A DNA stretch of 46,508 nt from Thelocarpon superellum (Eukaryota): the NCBI GenBank assembly GCA_026025795.1, contig JAPEUG010000102.1:1-46508 (forward strand), given 5' to 3'. A program made the translations under genes and the position numbers. This document shows positions 25,791 to 36,002 of this stretch, in pieces; position 1 is the stretch's first letter, and each line of letters begins with the position of its first letter. Below the pieces are notes generated by a model. That model searched no databases, was not told the origin of the DNA, and saw only the letters and a list, made by a program, of their open reading frames with translations.

Positions 25791-25870
25791 CACCTGCCCA
25801 CCTGCCCGCCTGCCCACCTGCCCGCCTGCCCACCTGCCCACCTGCCCGCCTGCCCACCTGCCCGCCTGCC
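25791..25870. repeat. (CRCCTGCC)x10 minisatellite with 40-bp higher-order duplication
   Basis: Variable base order A,A,G,A,G,A,A,G,A,G. Confidence 0.92.
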
Positions 25871-27562
25871 CTCCCAAGACAGCTGTAGTTTCATTTCACT
25901 TCCCGATTCTTCAGTCGCCAGATTCTCGTAGAGCGATAGTCGGCACACGGCCCCAGCTGGCCCCCATAATCTCCGGTCCCCCCCCGGAGCACGGGATGCG
26001 CTGCGTGGGTGGTACGGGTCCAACTTCTCAGCCTCGCAGCCGAAATCCGTCCGACCCATCGTATTCATACTTCACCGGGGCGACTCCAAGCTCGACCGGC
26101 AAGCGTGGAGCTGGCCGGCACTTCGGTTAGTCAAAGCTTCGCGCCACCAAACCCGGTTCCGGCGGCACGGTTGGGGCTCTACCCACGCCACACCGTGGCA
26201 CGGTGCCGATTTTCGAGCTTCGAACATACGTGGGTGTCCCCTGGCACAAAGCGGTGAGCTGACCAATGCGAGCGGGAGCTCGAGCCCCAGACATGTGGCG
26301 CCCGCCGCTGGAGCAAAAAGCCAACGATAATGCTAGGCGTTGGGGACGTGGGTGAGGCGCCCCGTCGTCGGAACCCGGTCTGCAACGGGCCGACAAACCG
26401 CGGCTCCAATCTTTCACCGCGTCCGGAGCGGGAATGGAGGCAATCCTCATGGCTAGAGGAGGCATCGTCACCCCGTGCCCCTTCCTATCTCCTCCGCAGC
26501 GTTCCGGCGACCTCACCGCCAAATCGGGGCGCCGGCTGCGTTTTAGTCGCATGCCTCGATTCCCCCTCTCCTTGCCTGCTTCTGACCTGCTGGCCTCGGT
26601 GGGCAAGAGGGGTCAGCGGCCCCAGTTCACCCACGCTGCCACCATGCCCTGTCCGTCGCCCGCGCTTCACGCGGGCGCCATGTCTCTAGCTCGTTTGGTG
26701 CATGCTTGGAGCAGGATGCACTTCATAAGGTCGCCGTCACCTCCATGCTGCCGTGTGGCCTCGCCGTGTCTACCTCCGGCCGGACTCGCTCGCATTGCGT
26801 GGCCATCAAGGATCGTCATGGACTCGTCACGTCTTCTTCCTCGTGGCAGTAATCGACGGAGTCGATGCTTCCCGCACCTGCGTTTGCTCCCTCCCATTGA
26901 CGCGTAGATTGCCATCGCTTCCCGATTATCTCTCGATTGAAGTCGAACACCTCAGTGCCCGTTGCCCGTGAGCGCATCAAACCACCCACCGGGCCTTCCC
27001 CCTCCTTGCTTGACGTTCCCATTGCCAATCCACCACCCGCAGCATCAACCTCTCCCACCATTGACGCTGCACGACCCGACGCAAGGTCCATTGCCGCACT
27101 CGACGCCTCCCGACCTGCTCCTGACTCCCCCTTCTTCACTCCCCTACCTGCAGCTATCCGCGTGTCATTCGCCCCGTCTCTCCCCGTGCGACATCGACCT
27201 TTGGAAGTCTCGAGACCGCTGTCGTGGGCCGCGCGGGACGGGTTCGGTCAGCGCAGAGGTCAAACAGGTTCAGAGGCTCAGGACAGCAACTATATCAGAT
27301 CCCTTGGCCACAGTGGGCCACCAGATCCATCGCCTGGCCTCCATCGGCGTTGGCCATCAGATTGACGCGCTCGGTCCTTCCCACCCAACCCCTGCTCCAC
27401 GCCTTCCACCCGTGGCAGTGGATTGCCCACACGGTCGGACGCCTGTGAACAGACCGCCGTCTTCCATCAATCTCATTACCCCGACGGGCTGGTCTCAAGG
27501 CGACCAGATTGCCACCGCAGACCCCGAAGAGAGAGTTCGGAGAGAGCCATCGAAGGAGGGTC

Positions 27563-29418
27563 ATGGCCGGGAACGAAAATGCGGCAGCGAAGCCCGAGCA
27601 CGGCAGTTCCGTCTTCGGACCCGCCGGCGCATCTGGCTCGTCGAGCACCAGCGCCCGGCCCTCGTGTGCCCCCCAGCAGCCGGATCCGAACATGCTCGTG
27701 CCGCCGGGGAGCCCGGATGGGACAGATGCCGTGAGCACGGGCGTGGGGTGCGCGCCGCCGATGGGCGCCACCGGTGGGGCCGACGGCCTCCACCTCCCGC
27801 CCGTCACCGCGGCAGCCCTGCGTGAACTGGAGATCCCGCGCATCATCGGCAATCCTCGACTACGCCATGACCTCAACTTTGACACCAACCTGCACTTCAA
27901 GCCTAACACCGAAGGCGAGCGTGGCCGTCGCAAGAAGGCCCAGGCGGAGCGCTACTGGGCCAACTTGACCGAAGAGCTGCAGCGATGCGCCGATCATCCC
28001 GACCGCATCGATTGGCATTCGGGCCACGACCTGCCCAAGCTTCCGCTCGTCTTCGCCGAGATCCAGACCATCCTCCAGACCTTGGTGCCGGAGCGCGACA
28101 TGACGGTCGTGGAGGAGACGTTCGACGTGCCCCTCTTGATGCAGCAGATTCGGTGGCAAGCCTTGGACTACGTACGACTGTCCACGTGGACGGCCACGCT
28201 GCTGAAGATGCACTGCGCCCCGATGCGTGATCAGTGGCTGGACGACATGGTGAACCGCTTCCGGCGCGGGGTGAAGACGGGCGCCGTGACCGATCTTGTG
28301 GATGGCATCCGCATGTTGTTTGGGGTGCTCGAGGCCATGAAGCTGGTATCTGCCCTCTGGAGGCGCCCCGGTGCTGATCTGACGACGCTGACGGAGAGGG
28401 TCAGGACATCGCCAACCACCAGGTGCGGACGATGCGACCCTTGCTCGTCGAGGACACGGCGCATTTCGAGCAATCTTACTTCCTGCAGCGCATCCGCGAC
28501 GGTCGATTTGACACACGTCCCGTCCTGAATTGGTACGCACAGTCCCACCAGGACTGGCGTCGCCACCCGGACAGCATCCGCCTACCCCTGCGACACCAGC
28601 CCCTCGCCGTCTTCCTCAAGGGGGTCACGGAATCTCTCCGACCTTTGGGGCCGATGGACCTGCCGCCTACCTTTGCCTTTGACCTCGACCGCCTACGCAC
28701 CTTGCGGGCGGACCTAGATCGATTCCTGGCCCTCGAAGTATGCATTGAGAGCTTCAAAGGCTTCGTCTTGCACACGCTAGGCAGCCGTCGGGCCATTCCG
28801 GATCCTGCGCTACAAGACCTCCGCGCGGTTTTGCTTTCCATCATGGATGAGAGCCACGACGACGGGACGGACGGAGATGAATGGCGCCGGGAGACGGAGA
28901 CGCTGGTCTTGGAAATGGCTCGACGCGCGGAGGAGGTGACGGGGCATGCCAACATCTTGAACGAAGATCGTGGCCATGACAACACCCTCCGCCACGCTCT
29001 GAAGCTCCGGGTGAAGTCGAATTTGCGGCCCGACAGCACGCTCTGGCGCTATCTGGAAGACGGCGCGATCGACCGAATCTGGTGCCGAAGCTTTCTGCAG
29101 ATCGTCCGAGGTCGACATTACCCTTGGAGCGCTGCGGTCGAGGACGTCGCGAGTAAAGGCGGAGAGAAGCGAAGGTCCTCCTCTTGGCTCCTGTCGTATC
29201 CGCATCCACAGGCCCAGTTGGCACAGCAGTCTCACGCATACCGACGGGGAAAGGTACCAGCAACGGCACCAGCGCAGGCTCTCTTCGCCAGCATCGTCCA
29301 GTCTTTTACCCATATCATGTCTCTGCATTGGCAGGTGTTTGCGCCTTTGGTGTATCTCCAAGCCGAGGAGATGGTGCGGGCCCTACGACCGAGACACTTT
29401 GAGGCGGATGCGGCTTAG
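27563..29418 (+). CDS. SOK1: Sok1 / T-complex 11 family protein; intron 28346-28404; true start may lie upstream (possible ATG 26818 with extra introns)
   Basis: LPPVT...LRELE..RII.NPRLRHDLNFD.NLHFKPN, LKMHCAPMRD, LEAMKL|DIANHQ, PPTFAFDLDRL, LHWQVFAPLVY. Confidence 0.85.
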
Positions 29419-30057
29419 ACCAGTCTATTCGCCAGCCTGGCCTCCATCTGTCTGTCTACCAACCTGACCTCCATCACTCTGGCCACGCAGGGAGTCCCGA
29501 CCAGCAACGACATCACTCACCTCGACATAATTGACTTGTGCACCTGTGATACGTATAGATCCACGGAAAGCACCAGGGATGAAGGGGCAGGGGTCCAATG
29601 AAGACGGTGGTAATGTGTTCAATTGCTACTTCTGCCATCCTTCTCTTGTTCACTTCTTGCTACGATCCTTGCTTCATACTGATTTATTTATACTTACGTA
29701 TCACGACTCGCACGACTTACGACCTTTCCTTCTTCTCCTCCTATTCTTCTCTACAATACTACAAAGGCGGCAGGCTTCTCGACCAAACGCATGGGTGCCG
29801 AGAGATATGCGTATGGACGGTGGTATGCGGTCTTTCCACCTCTCATGCCTCTACAGTTTCTCTGTTTCGTTGTCCTCCTCTTCTTACCTGGACGTGTGGC
29901 GACGCGGTTTAGATCAAAACAAAAAGTAAGAGCTTGGTGGCTATGTTTGCCTGCTCGCACATTTGTGCCTACGTGTCTGTACAATTGCATCTCTACATGA
30001 CCACGTATGTAAAGCAGTGATCGGGCCTGTGAAATCAATCGTTTGTTCCGATGGTAG

Positions 30058-31227
30058 TTAGGACGGTGAGGATTCGGCGTCCAGGTTCAATTCCAATGCT
30101 TCAATCCCACCCTGCATCACCCTCTGGCGATTTTCCTGCCATCGGATCCACGCCACGCCTTGCAGGAGGCTGTCTGCTAGGTCGTCGAGCTTGCCGATGC
30201 CGTGGTCCACTTCTCCTTGTCCTACTCTTTCTCCCTCTTCTCCTTCGTCGTCGTGACTCCTTTCCGGCCCAGCTTGTGGATCGTGCGTCGTCGACTTTGG
30301 CTTCGCCTTCGACGTCACCGTCGACGTCACCTTCAACTTCGTCCGCCCCGCTCTTCCCCGCCACCTATCCAGATACGCAGCCGCGGTCTGTCTCGCCTCG
30401 GTCGACTCCACCAGGATCACATCGCCCTTCTCCAGCCACTGACCGACTAGGTCAATCTTGGCACCTTTATTCCTCGCCTTGGCCGACTTGGCCCTTCTCG
30501 TCTTCCGCCGGAGACTCTCTTCTCTGGCATCATCACCGTCGAGCGGGTCGAGCCAGAACGGGCCCACTTTGGCGGGTAAGACGCTGTGGACCGTGCCACG
30601 CCATTTTCCCTCCTGCGCAAGGGTGCGCAGCACCGCGTACAACATGCCCTCGAACATGTTGACGCGCACGGTCCATTCCTGGATCGCGGACGCGCCCATC
30701 GACCGGTACCGTTGGCGCTCGATCAGCACATGGCTCGCATCATGCGGAAGGAGGATCTGCGTCAGGAGCTGGTAGGCGTGCGAGGCGTAGGTCATTGGGT
30801 CGAAGCTCTCCTTGACCTTGAGGCTGTCGTCTCCCGTGGACGGAGGCGCGGTGATGGGTCTGGTGGAGGTTGGCGAGACGGCCATGCGCTTCCACGCGAG
30901 GATGGACGGCGTGGCCCGTGGACCCGAGCTGGCGGGAAGATCGAGGACGCAGTATGCCAGGTTGCGAATGCCCATGTCCACGCTCAGGATCCTGTCCGTA
31001 GCACCCTTCGTTTCCCCAATTCCATCGCTCGATCCGACGGGGAGCCGGGAGTTCAAGCTCGCCTGAGGTAACTCATCTCGCAGACGTGACGCAAGGAGTC
31101 CCTTGGTGCCGCCGGAATTGATCCCGCATTGCACGGCGAGGTGCTTCAGCTGAGCGAGCTTCAGGGACTGAAGCGTGGACAGAGTGAGCTTCATACATGC
31201 TGGCTTGACACCGAACCTCTGCGTCAT
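30058..31227 (-). CDS. CCE1: Mitochondrial Holliday-junction resolvase (Cce1/Ydc2) with N-terminal SAP domain
   Basis: SAP-like LKLAQLKHLAVQCGINSGGTK; ILSVDMGIRNLAY, VLIERQRYR, KLDDLADSLLQ. Confidence 0.92.
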   Translation of the reverse strand: MTQRFGVKPACMKLTLSTLQSLKLAQLKHLAVQCGINSGGTKGLLASRLRDELPQASLNSRLPVGSSDGIGETKGATDRILSVDMGIRNLAYCVLDLPASSGPRATPSILAWKRMAVSPTSTRPITAPPSTGDDSLKVKESFDPMTYASHAYQLLTQILLPHDASHVLIERQRYRSMGASAIQEWTVRVNMFEGMLYAVLRTLAQEGKWRGTVHSVLPAKVGPFWLDPLDGDDAREESLRRKTRRAKSAKARNKGAKIDLVGQWLEKGDVILVESTEARQTAAAYLDRWRGRAGRTKLKVTSTVTSKAKPKSTTHDPQAGPERSHDDEGEEGERVGQGEVDHGIGKLDDLADSLLQGVAWIRWQENRQRVMQGGIEALELNLDAESSPS

Positions 31228-31498
31228 CAGTTCTGGTCATCAATGAGACGAAGCGACGCGACTCGGCACGACGTGAGCGAAGGCTGACTCGCCGCGCGAA
31301 CACGCGTACAGGGAGCTCTGTCCTGGTAGCATAGCATAGCCCCTACGGTGCTCCGTTGCTAGACGAGCTTTGTTGGATCTAACATAGGCTCGGTTGAGGC
31401 TCTCATCCCAGGATCCCCTCCGTAGCTTCGACGGCTAGGATGACGTGATCCAGAAGCACACAGCCGCGGCATTTGTCGATCACGCGTGATACGGGTAC

Positions 31499-31630
31499 GA
31501 TAGCAGCAGTAGCACCGTACCTGACAGAGGCCGGACACGCTTTGAACGGCAATAGCTCGATTGAGATAGCAGCAGTGGCCCCGTACCTGACAGAGGCCCG
31601 AGACTCTTTGAACGGCAATAGCTCGATTGA
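31499..31630. repeat. 66-bp direct tandem duplication (61/66 identical) in CCE1-GLR1 divergent intergenic region
   Basis: Copies 31499-31564 and 31565-31630 aligned by eye. Confidence 0.92.
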
Positions 31631-31689
31631 GAATCCCAATCATCGCCAAGGGACCCAAAGTCGTAGAAGCGTAGGAGGGCGATCCGAGT

Positions 31690-31724
31690 GGTCGTAGGTC
31701 GTAGGTCGTAGGTCGTAGGTCGTA
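31690..31724. repeat. (GGTCGTA)x5 heptamer repeat
   Basis: Read directly from sequence. Confidence 0.9.
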
Positions 31725-31994
31725 CACCTTCTTGCCACCGTCCCATGTTCACATGCCCGTGGCTTATCCAACTCCGTCCGGTTGCCCCCACATGCAAGCT
31801 GGTTGACATCCTATGCTGGGACCCTGCTTGAAGCCCGACCACTTACCCCGCCACTCGTATCATCACCCGTCCCCTCCACGTCCACCAAGCTGTCTGCCTC
31901 TACCATCTTTCGCCGGTCGGCCTCCAAGTTGGCAGTCACGGCGTCGCCTCGTCTCACGACCATCTCCCGGCACTTTGCTACCTCACCCGCCGCT

Positions 31995-33458
31995 ATGGCG
32001 CCCATCAGCAAGGAAGTCGACTATCTCGTCGTCGGCGGGGGCAGTGGCGGTCTGGCCTCGGCCAGAAGGGCCAGCAGCTTATATGGAGCCAAAGCCATGG
32101 CCATTGAAAGCAACAAGCTCGGAGGCACCTGTGTCAACGTGGGGTCCGTTGCTTCCTGCTCCCCCAACTCCCGGTCATCGCTGACGACTCATGACAGATG
32201 CGTGCCCAAGAAGATCACATGGAATGCAGCGGCCATCCGAGAGACCTTGCACGATGCCAAGGCGTATGGCTTCTCCTTTGAAGAGACGGCGCCCTTCGAC
32301 TGGGCGGCCTTCAAGCACAAGCGGGACGAATACATCACACGGCTGAACGGAATCTACGAGCGGAACCTGGAGAAGGAAAAGGTCGAGTACGTGCATGGAC
32401 GCGCGCACATCCTGAGCAAGAACGAGGTCGAGATCACCCTGGACGATGGAAGCAAGGAGAGGGTTCGAACGAAGAAACTCCTCATCGCCACCGGCGGTCA
32501 TCCATCTATTCCGCACGACATCCCTGGTGCCGAGCTCGGCATCACCAGCGACGGCTTCTTCGAGCTGGAGAAGCAGCCCAAGAAGGTGGCCCTGGTCGGC
32601 GCAGGCTACATTGCCGTCGAGATGGCCGGCATGTTTAACGCGCTGGGCACAGAAACGCATCTGTTCATTCGACAAGACACCTTCCTGCGTACCTTTGACC
32701 CCATGATTCAAGAGGTGACGGTCAAGGAGTACGAACGCCAGGGCATCTACATCCACCGACAATCAAGCCAGTCCAAGGTCGAGAAGGACCCGAGCAAGCC
32801 CGGGTGGATCAAGCTCCACTACAAGGACTCGAAAGGGCAAGGTGTTCTTGGCCTGGACTGCCTCCTGTGGGCCATTGGACGCGCGCCAGAAGTCGAAGAC
32901 TTGGGACTCGAGAAGATCGGAGTCAAGCAGAACAAGAAGGGCCAGGTGATCGTGGACGACTACCAGAACACCAACATCGACGACGTCTACGCCCTCGGCG
33001 ACGTCTGCGGCCGGGTCGAGCTTACCCCCGTGGCCATCGCGGCGGGCCGACGCCTCAGCGATCGCATCTTCGGGCCGGAAAAGTTCCGCACCACCCGTCT
33101 CGTCTACGACAACATTCCCTCCGTCGTCTTCGCGCACCCGGAGATAGGGTCGACGGGGCTCACGGAGCCACAAGCGATCGAGCAATACGGCAAGGACAAC
33201 GTCAAGATCTACAAGACCGAGTTCACCGCCATGTACTACGCCATGATGGACGCGGGCGCCAAGGGGCCCACGGCCTACAAGCTGGTGTGTGTTGGGCCGG
33301 AAGAGAAGGTCGTCGGTCTGCATATCCTCGGCGTCGGAAGCGCCGAGATGCTACAAGGCTTCGGCGTCGCTGTCAAGATGGGCGCCACCAAGGCCGACTT
33401 CGACTCTTGTGTCGCCATTCATCCTACCAGCGCCGAGGAGCTCGTCACGCTGAAATAG
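31995..33458 (+). CDS. GLR1: Glutathione reductase; intron 32144-32197; probable N-terminal extension from CTG 31890
   Basis: [47 protein letters not shown]. Confidence 0.97.
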   Translation: MAPISKEVDYLVVGGGSGGLASARRASSLYGAKAMAIESNKLGGTCVNVGSVASCSPNSRSSLTTHDRCVPKKITWNAAAIRETLHDAKAYGFSFEETAPFDWAAFKHKRDEYITRLNGIYERNLEKEKVEYVHGRAHILSKNEVEITLDDGSKERVRTKKLLIATGGHPSIPHDIPGAELGITSDGFFELEKQPKKVALVGAGYIAVEMAGMFNALGTETHLFIRQDTFLRTFDPMIQEVTVKEYERQGIYIHRQSSQSKVEKDPSKPGWIKLHYKDSKGQGVLGLDCLLWAIGRAPEVEDLGLEKIGVKQNKKGQVIVDDYQNTNIDDVYALGDVCGRVELTPVAIAAGRRLSDRIFGPEKFRTTRLVYDNIPSVVFAHPEIGSTGLTEPQAIEQYGKDNVKIYKTEFTAMYYAMMDAGAKGPTAYKLVCVGPEEKVVGLHILGVGSAEMLQGFGVAVKMGATKADFDSCVAIHPTSAEELVTLK

Positions 33459-33560
33459 ATGCTGACCTATTTTAAAGGAAGGTGTCTCCTTTCGCCACGT
33501 GAGATGGCTTCCCAGCGTGTCCGGTAGTACTGAAGTAGCGTAACAAGACCGCGAACCAAA

Positions 33561-34790
33561 TCAGATCATGGATCCTTCCCTAGCCAAATCCGTCAACTCC
33601 CCACCAGTGCGCGTCTCGATCCAAAGGACGGTCCTCTCTACCATCCCATCGCACACCTTCCCCGTCTCATGCGCCTCCAGAGCAATCAAAGACGCCTCGT
33701 TCCGTGAGATGCGCAGCTGCGCTAGGAGACCCAGCCGCTCACGCAGCGTCAAGGCTGCGTCAGACGCGATGGCCGTGCGAAGGAACGCCCACGCTGCTTC
33801 GTGCGTCCATTCATATGTCATTGCCACGTTGAGAATATGCTCGAGAAGTTCGTACTTCCTGCTGCGGGGCTGTGTTGGTGGGGTCGGCGCTGAGATTGGG
33901 AGGGCTGGTGGTGGGGATGTGGATGGTGCTTTCCAGCCCAGAAGATACCATAGGAAGTCCCAGCCCGAGACATCGCTGGGGTTGCGTAAACACCAGTCGG
34001 TGACTTTGTCCGTGGCGGTAGAGAGGATGCTTTGTTCGACGAGAAGGCTGGGGGTGGTGCTGCTCGACCGGAGCAGAAAGGTCAACAGCCAGCGCGCGTA
34101 GGTCCAGGCATAGTAATTCTTAGGATGGCGTTCGCCCGCCTTGATCACGACGGCCAATTCTGCGTCATGAAAGCCTTGCTCCGCCTCGACCGGTTCCTCG
34201 GCTTTCTCGGGGGCGTGGCGAAGCTCCGGGTAGAAAGTGGACACGATCCAGCGCCGATGATGCCACAGCGTAGGCGACTTGGTATGGCGGTGCAACGGCG
34301 ACGTGAAGAAGCTATCGAGCACCGCCATCTCATCGCGTACTGCTCTGTGCAGCGCTCCCTGCCCCTGCCCCTGCCCCTGACCCGGCCGATCCGCCGCCGC
34401 CTTCAACGCAAGCAGGCGCCGCTTCCGCGCGTTGGCGGCCGTGAGAAACTCGGGATCAAAGAGTAACAGGACGTGGGAAGCATTGAGAACGGCATCACCG
34501 ATGGGAAGACGTCTGTCATCGAGGACTTGGAAAGCGGCACGAGCATGTGGGAGCGCTTGGATCAAGGCTTGCTTGAACACGCCGACGCTGCATCCGTCCA
34601 CGAGCACGCTCGATGGCTGGGTCGTGGGAGATGGCTGGAAGGCTGACGGTAGAATCTCTAGTTCTAGTACTTTCCCAGTGCGTGCTTGGAAACATTCTGC
34701 TATCGACCGATATGCTTCTGCCATGGGGGATACGATTGAGGTCCATCGTCTCGTCTCCATGTCGAGTACCTGGGACCGGCCGGTCGTCAT
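33561..34790 (-). CDS. Protein prenyltransferase alpha-subunit-repeat protein (PTAR1/Ecm9-like); start codon uncertain
   Basis: LLFDPEFLTAANARKR, HTKSPTLWHHRRW, ERHPKNYYAWTYARW, NPSDVSGW. Confidence 0.8.
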   Translation of the reverse strand: MTTGRSQVLDMETRRWTSIVSPMAEAYRSIAECFQARTGKVLELEILPSAFQPSPTTQPSSVLVDGCSVGVFKQALIQALPHARAAFQVLDDRRLPIGDAVLNASHVLLLFDPEFLTAANARKRRLLALKAAADRPGQGQGQGQGALHRAVRDEMAVLDSFFTSPLHRHTKSPTLWHHRRWIVSTFYPELRHAPEKAEEPVEAEQGFHDAELAVVIKAGERHPKNYYAWTYARWLLTFLLRSSSTTPSLLVEQSILSTATDKVTDWCLRNPSDVSGWDFLWYLLGWKAPSTSPPPALPISAPTPPTQPRSRKYELLEHILNVAMTYEWTHEAAWAFLRTAIASDAALTLRERLGLLAQLRISRNEASLIALEAHETGKVCDGMVERTVLWIETRTGGELTDLAREGSMI

Positions 34791-34971
34791 AGCATAAGTG
34801 GCGCTTATGTAAGCGTCAGATGAGCTCCGGGGAGTATGAGACTACCACACGTCGAGGATAGTATGACCATGACATTCATGCGCAGGCAAATTTATTCTTC
34901 TTGAATACCGGCAGGATCTCAATGTGAATGGATGAGACCTGGTTGACCTTCGCCCTCCCCCAGGCACCGAC

Positions 34972-35742
34972 ATGCCTTCCCTCCTTCTCACCGTGTTCGT
35001 GCTACAAATCGTCATCAGTGTGGTCAACACCATCGGCGTGTCGACGCTCAACAGTCTCGTGAGTGCCCCCGCTAGCTCGGGAGAGGTCCACACTGATGCT
35101 TCCTAGCTCTGGTTCCTCTTCACTCGAATACCTACTCCCACATCCAAGGCCGTGCTCAGCCAACGAAAGCTCCAACGCGAGTTTCTGCGGCAGCGCGCCG
35201 AGCTGAATGGCATCAGCAGCCAGGACCAGTTTGCCAAGTGGGCAAAGCTTCGAAGACAGCACGACAAGACCGTGGCAGATCTAGAAAAGACGAGTACGTG
35301 ATGGGCGATACCAGGTGAATCTGCTGCATGTTCATCCTTTTGACGCAGCGACTTAGCAAACACCATCAACGCCTCCAAAGCTTCCTTCGACCAGTCAGTA
35401 GTGCTGGTTCGATGGACGGCTACGAATGGCTTGCGGTTATTTCTACAGTTTTGGTACGCCAAGGAAGCATTGTTCTGGCTCCCGCAGGGCTGGCTCCCGT
35501 ACTACGTGGAGTGGCTCCTGTCCTTTCCCCGGGCGCCTCTGGGAAGCGTCAGCATCCAGGTCTGGGGCGGAGCGTGTTTGGCTGTGATTGACCTGGTCAG
35601 CACTGCACTAGTGGCGTTGTATTCAGTGATCACGTCGTGGACATCAAGCGGGGAGAAGGGTGAGGCACAGGCGTTCAGAGCGAGCCATAGCCCAGCAGCA
35701 GGAGCAGAGAAGGTTGGGTCGGACCCGAAGAAAGAGTTGTAG
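34972..35742 (+). CDS. GET1: GET complex insertase subunit Get1 (CHD5-like); exons 34972-35058, 35107-35293, 35357-35742
   Basis: N-terminal TM, ISSQDQFAKWAKLRRQHDK, FWLPQGWLPYYVEWLLSFPRAPLGSVSIQVW. Confidence 0.94.
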
Positions 35743-35851
35743 ATAAATATGCACAGTTCTATGGTCCGCTCAGGACATAGCGTATGTCATCAGCGCTGCG
35801 CCGTTCAGGCATTCCAAAGGTCAACTCGATCCGATCATCGTCATCTCAGAC

Positions 35852-36002
35852 TCATGTCTCTCAACAGATAGACGCAAGGGACCTCAAAGCCGCAGCTTAG
35901 ACCTTGCAACACGAAGTGAGAATGTAACATCTCGGCATATCTTTTTGACTCTGAGTGACCACGGAAGAGAGAGGTGCGCCAAAGCTTCGAAAGTGCCGTT
36001 TT
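35852..36002 (-). ncRNA. snR46: Box H/ACA snoRNA, snR46-like guide for LSU rRNA Psi2865 (yeast numbering)
   Basis: Hairpin 1: CGGCA/UGCCG lower stem, pocket UCGAAG (35985-35990) and UCAAAAAG (35941-35948), complementary to rRNA CUUUUUGA-U-N-CUUCGA, upper stem CUUUG/CAGAG. Hinge AGAUGU (imperfect H box). Hairpin 2: UUCUCA/UGAGAG and GCAAGG/CCUUGC. ACA at 35855-35857. rRNA context and snR46 target recalled from yeast. Confidence 0.78.

Noticed and set aside
31499..31630. CRISPR-like or transposon-terminal reading of the 66-bp repeats
   Set aside because: Adjacent copies with no spacers, eukaryotic context, no TIR, TSD or transposase
548..34790. Apparent isoprenoid/prenylation cluster (rho1, MVD1, PTAR1-like)
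   Set aside because: Genes are far apart and interleaved with unrelated housekeeping genes; no evidence of co-regulation
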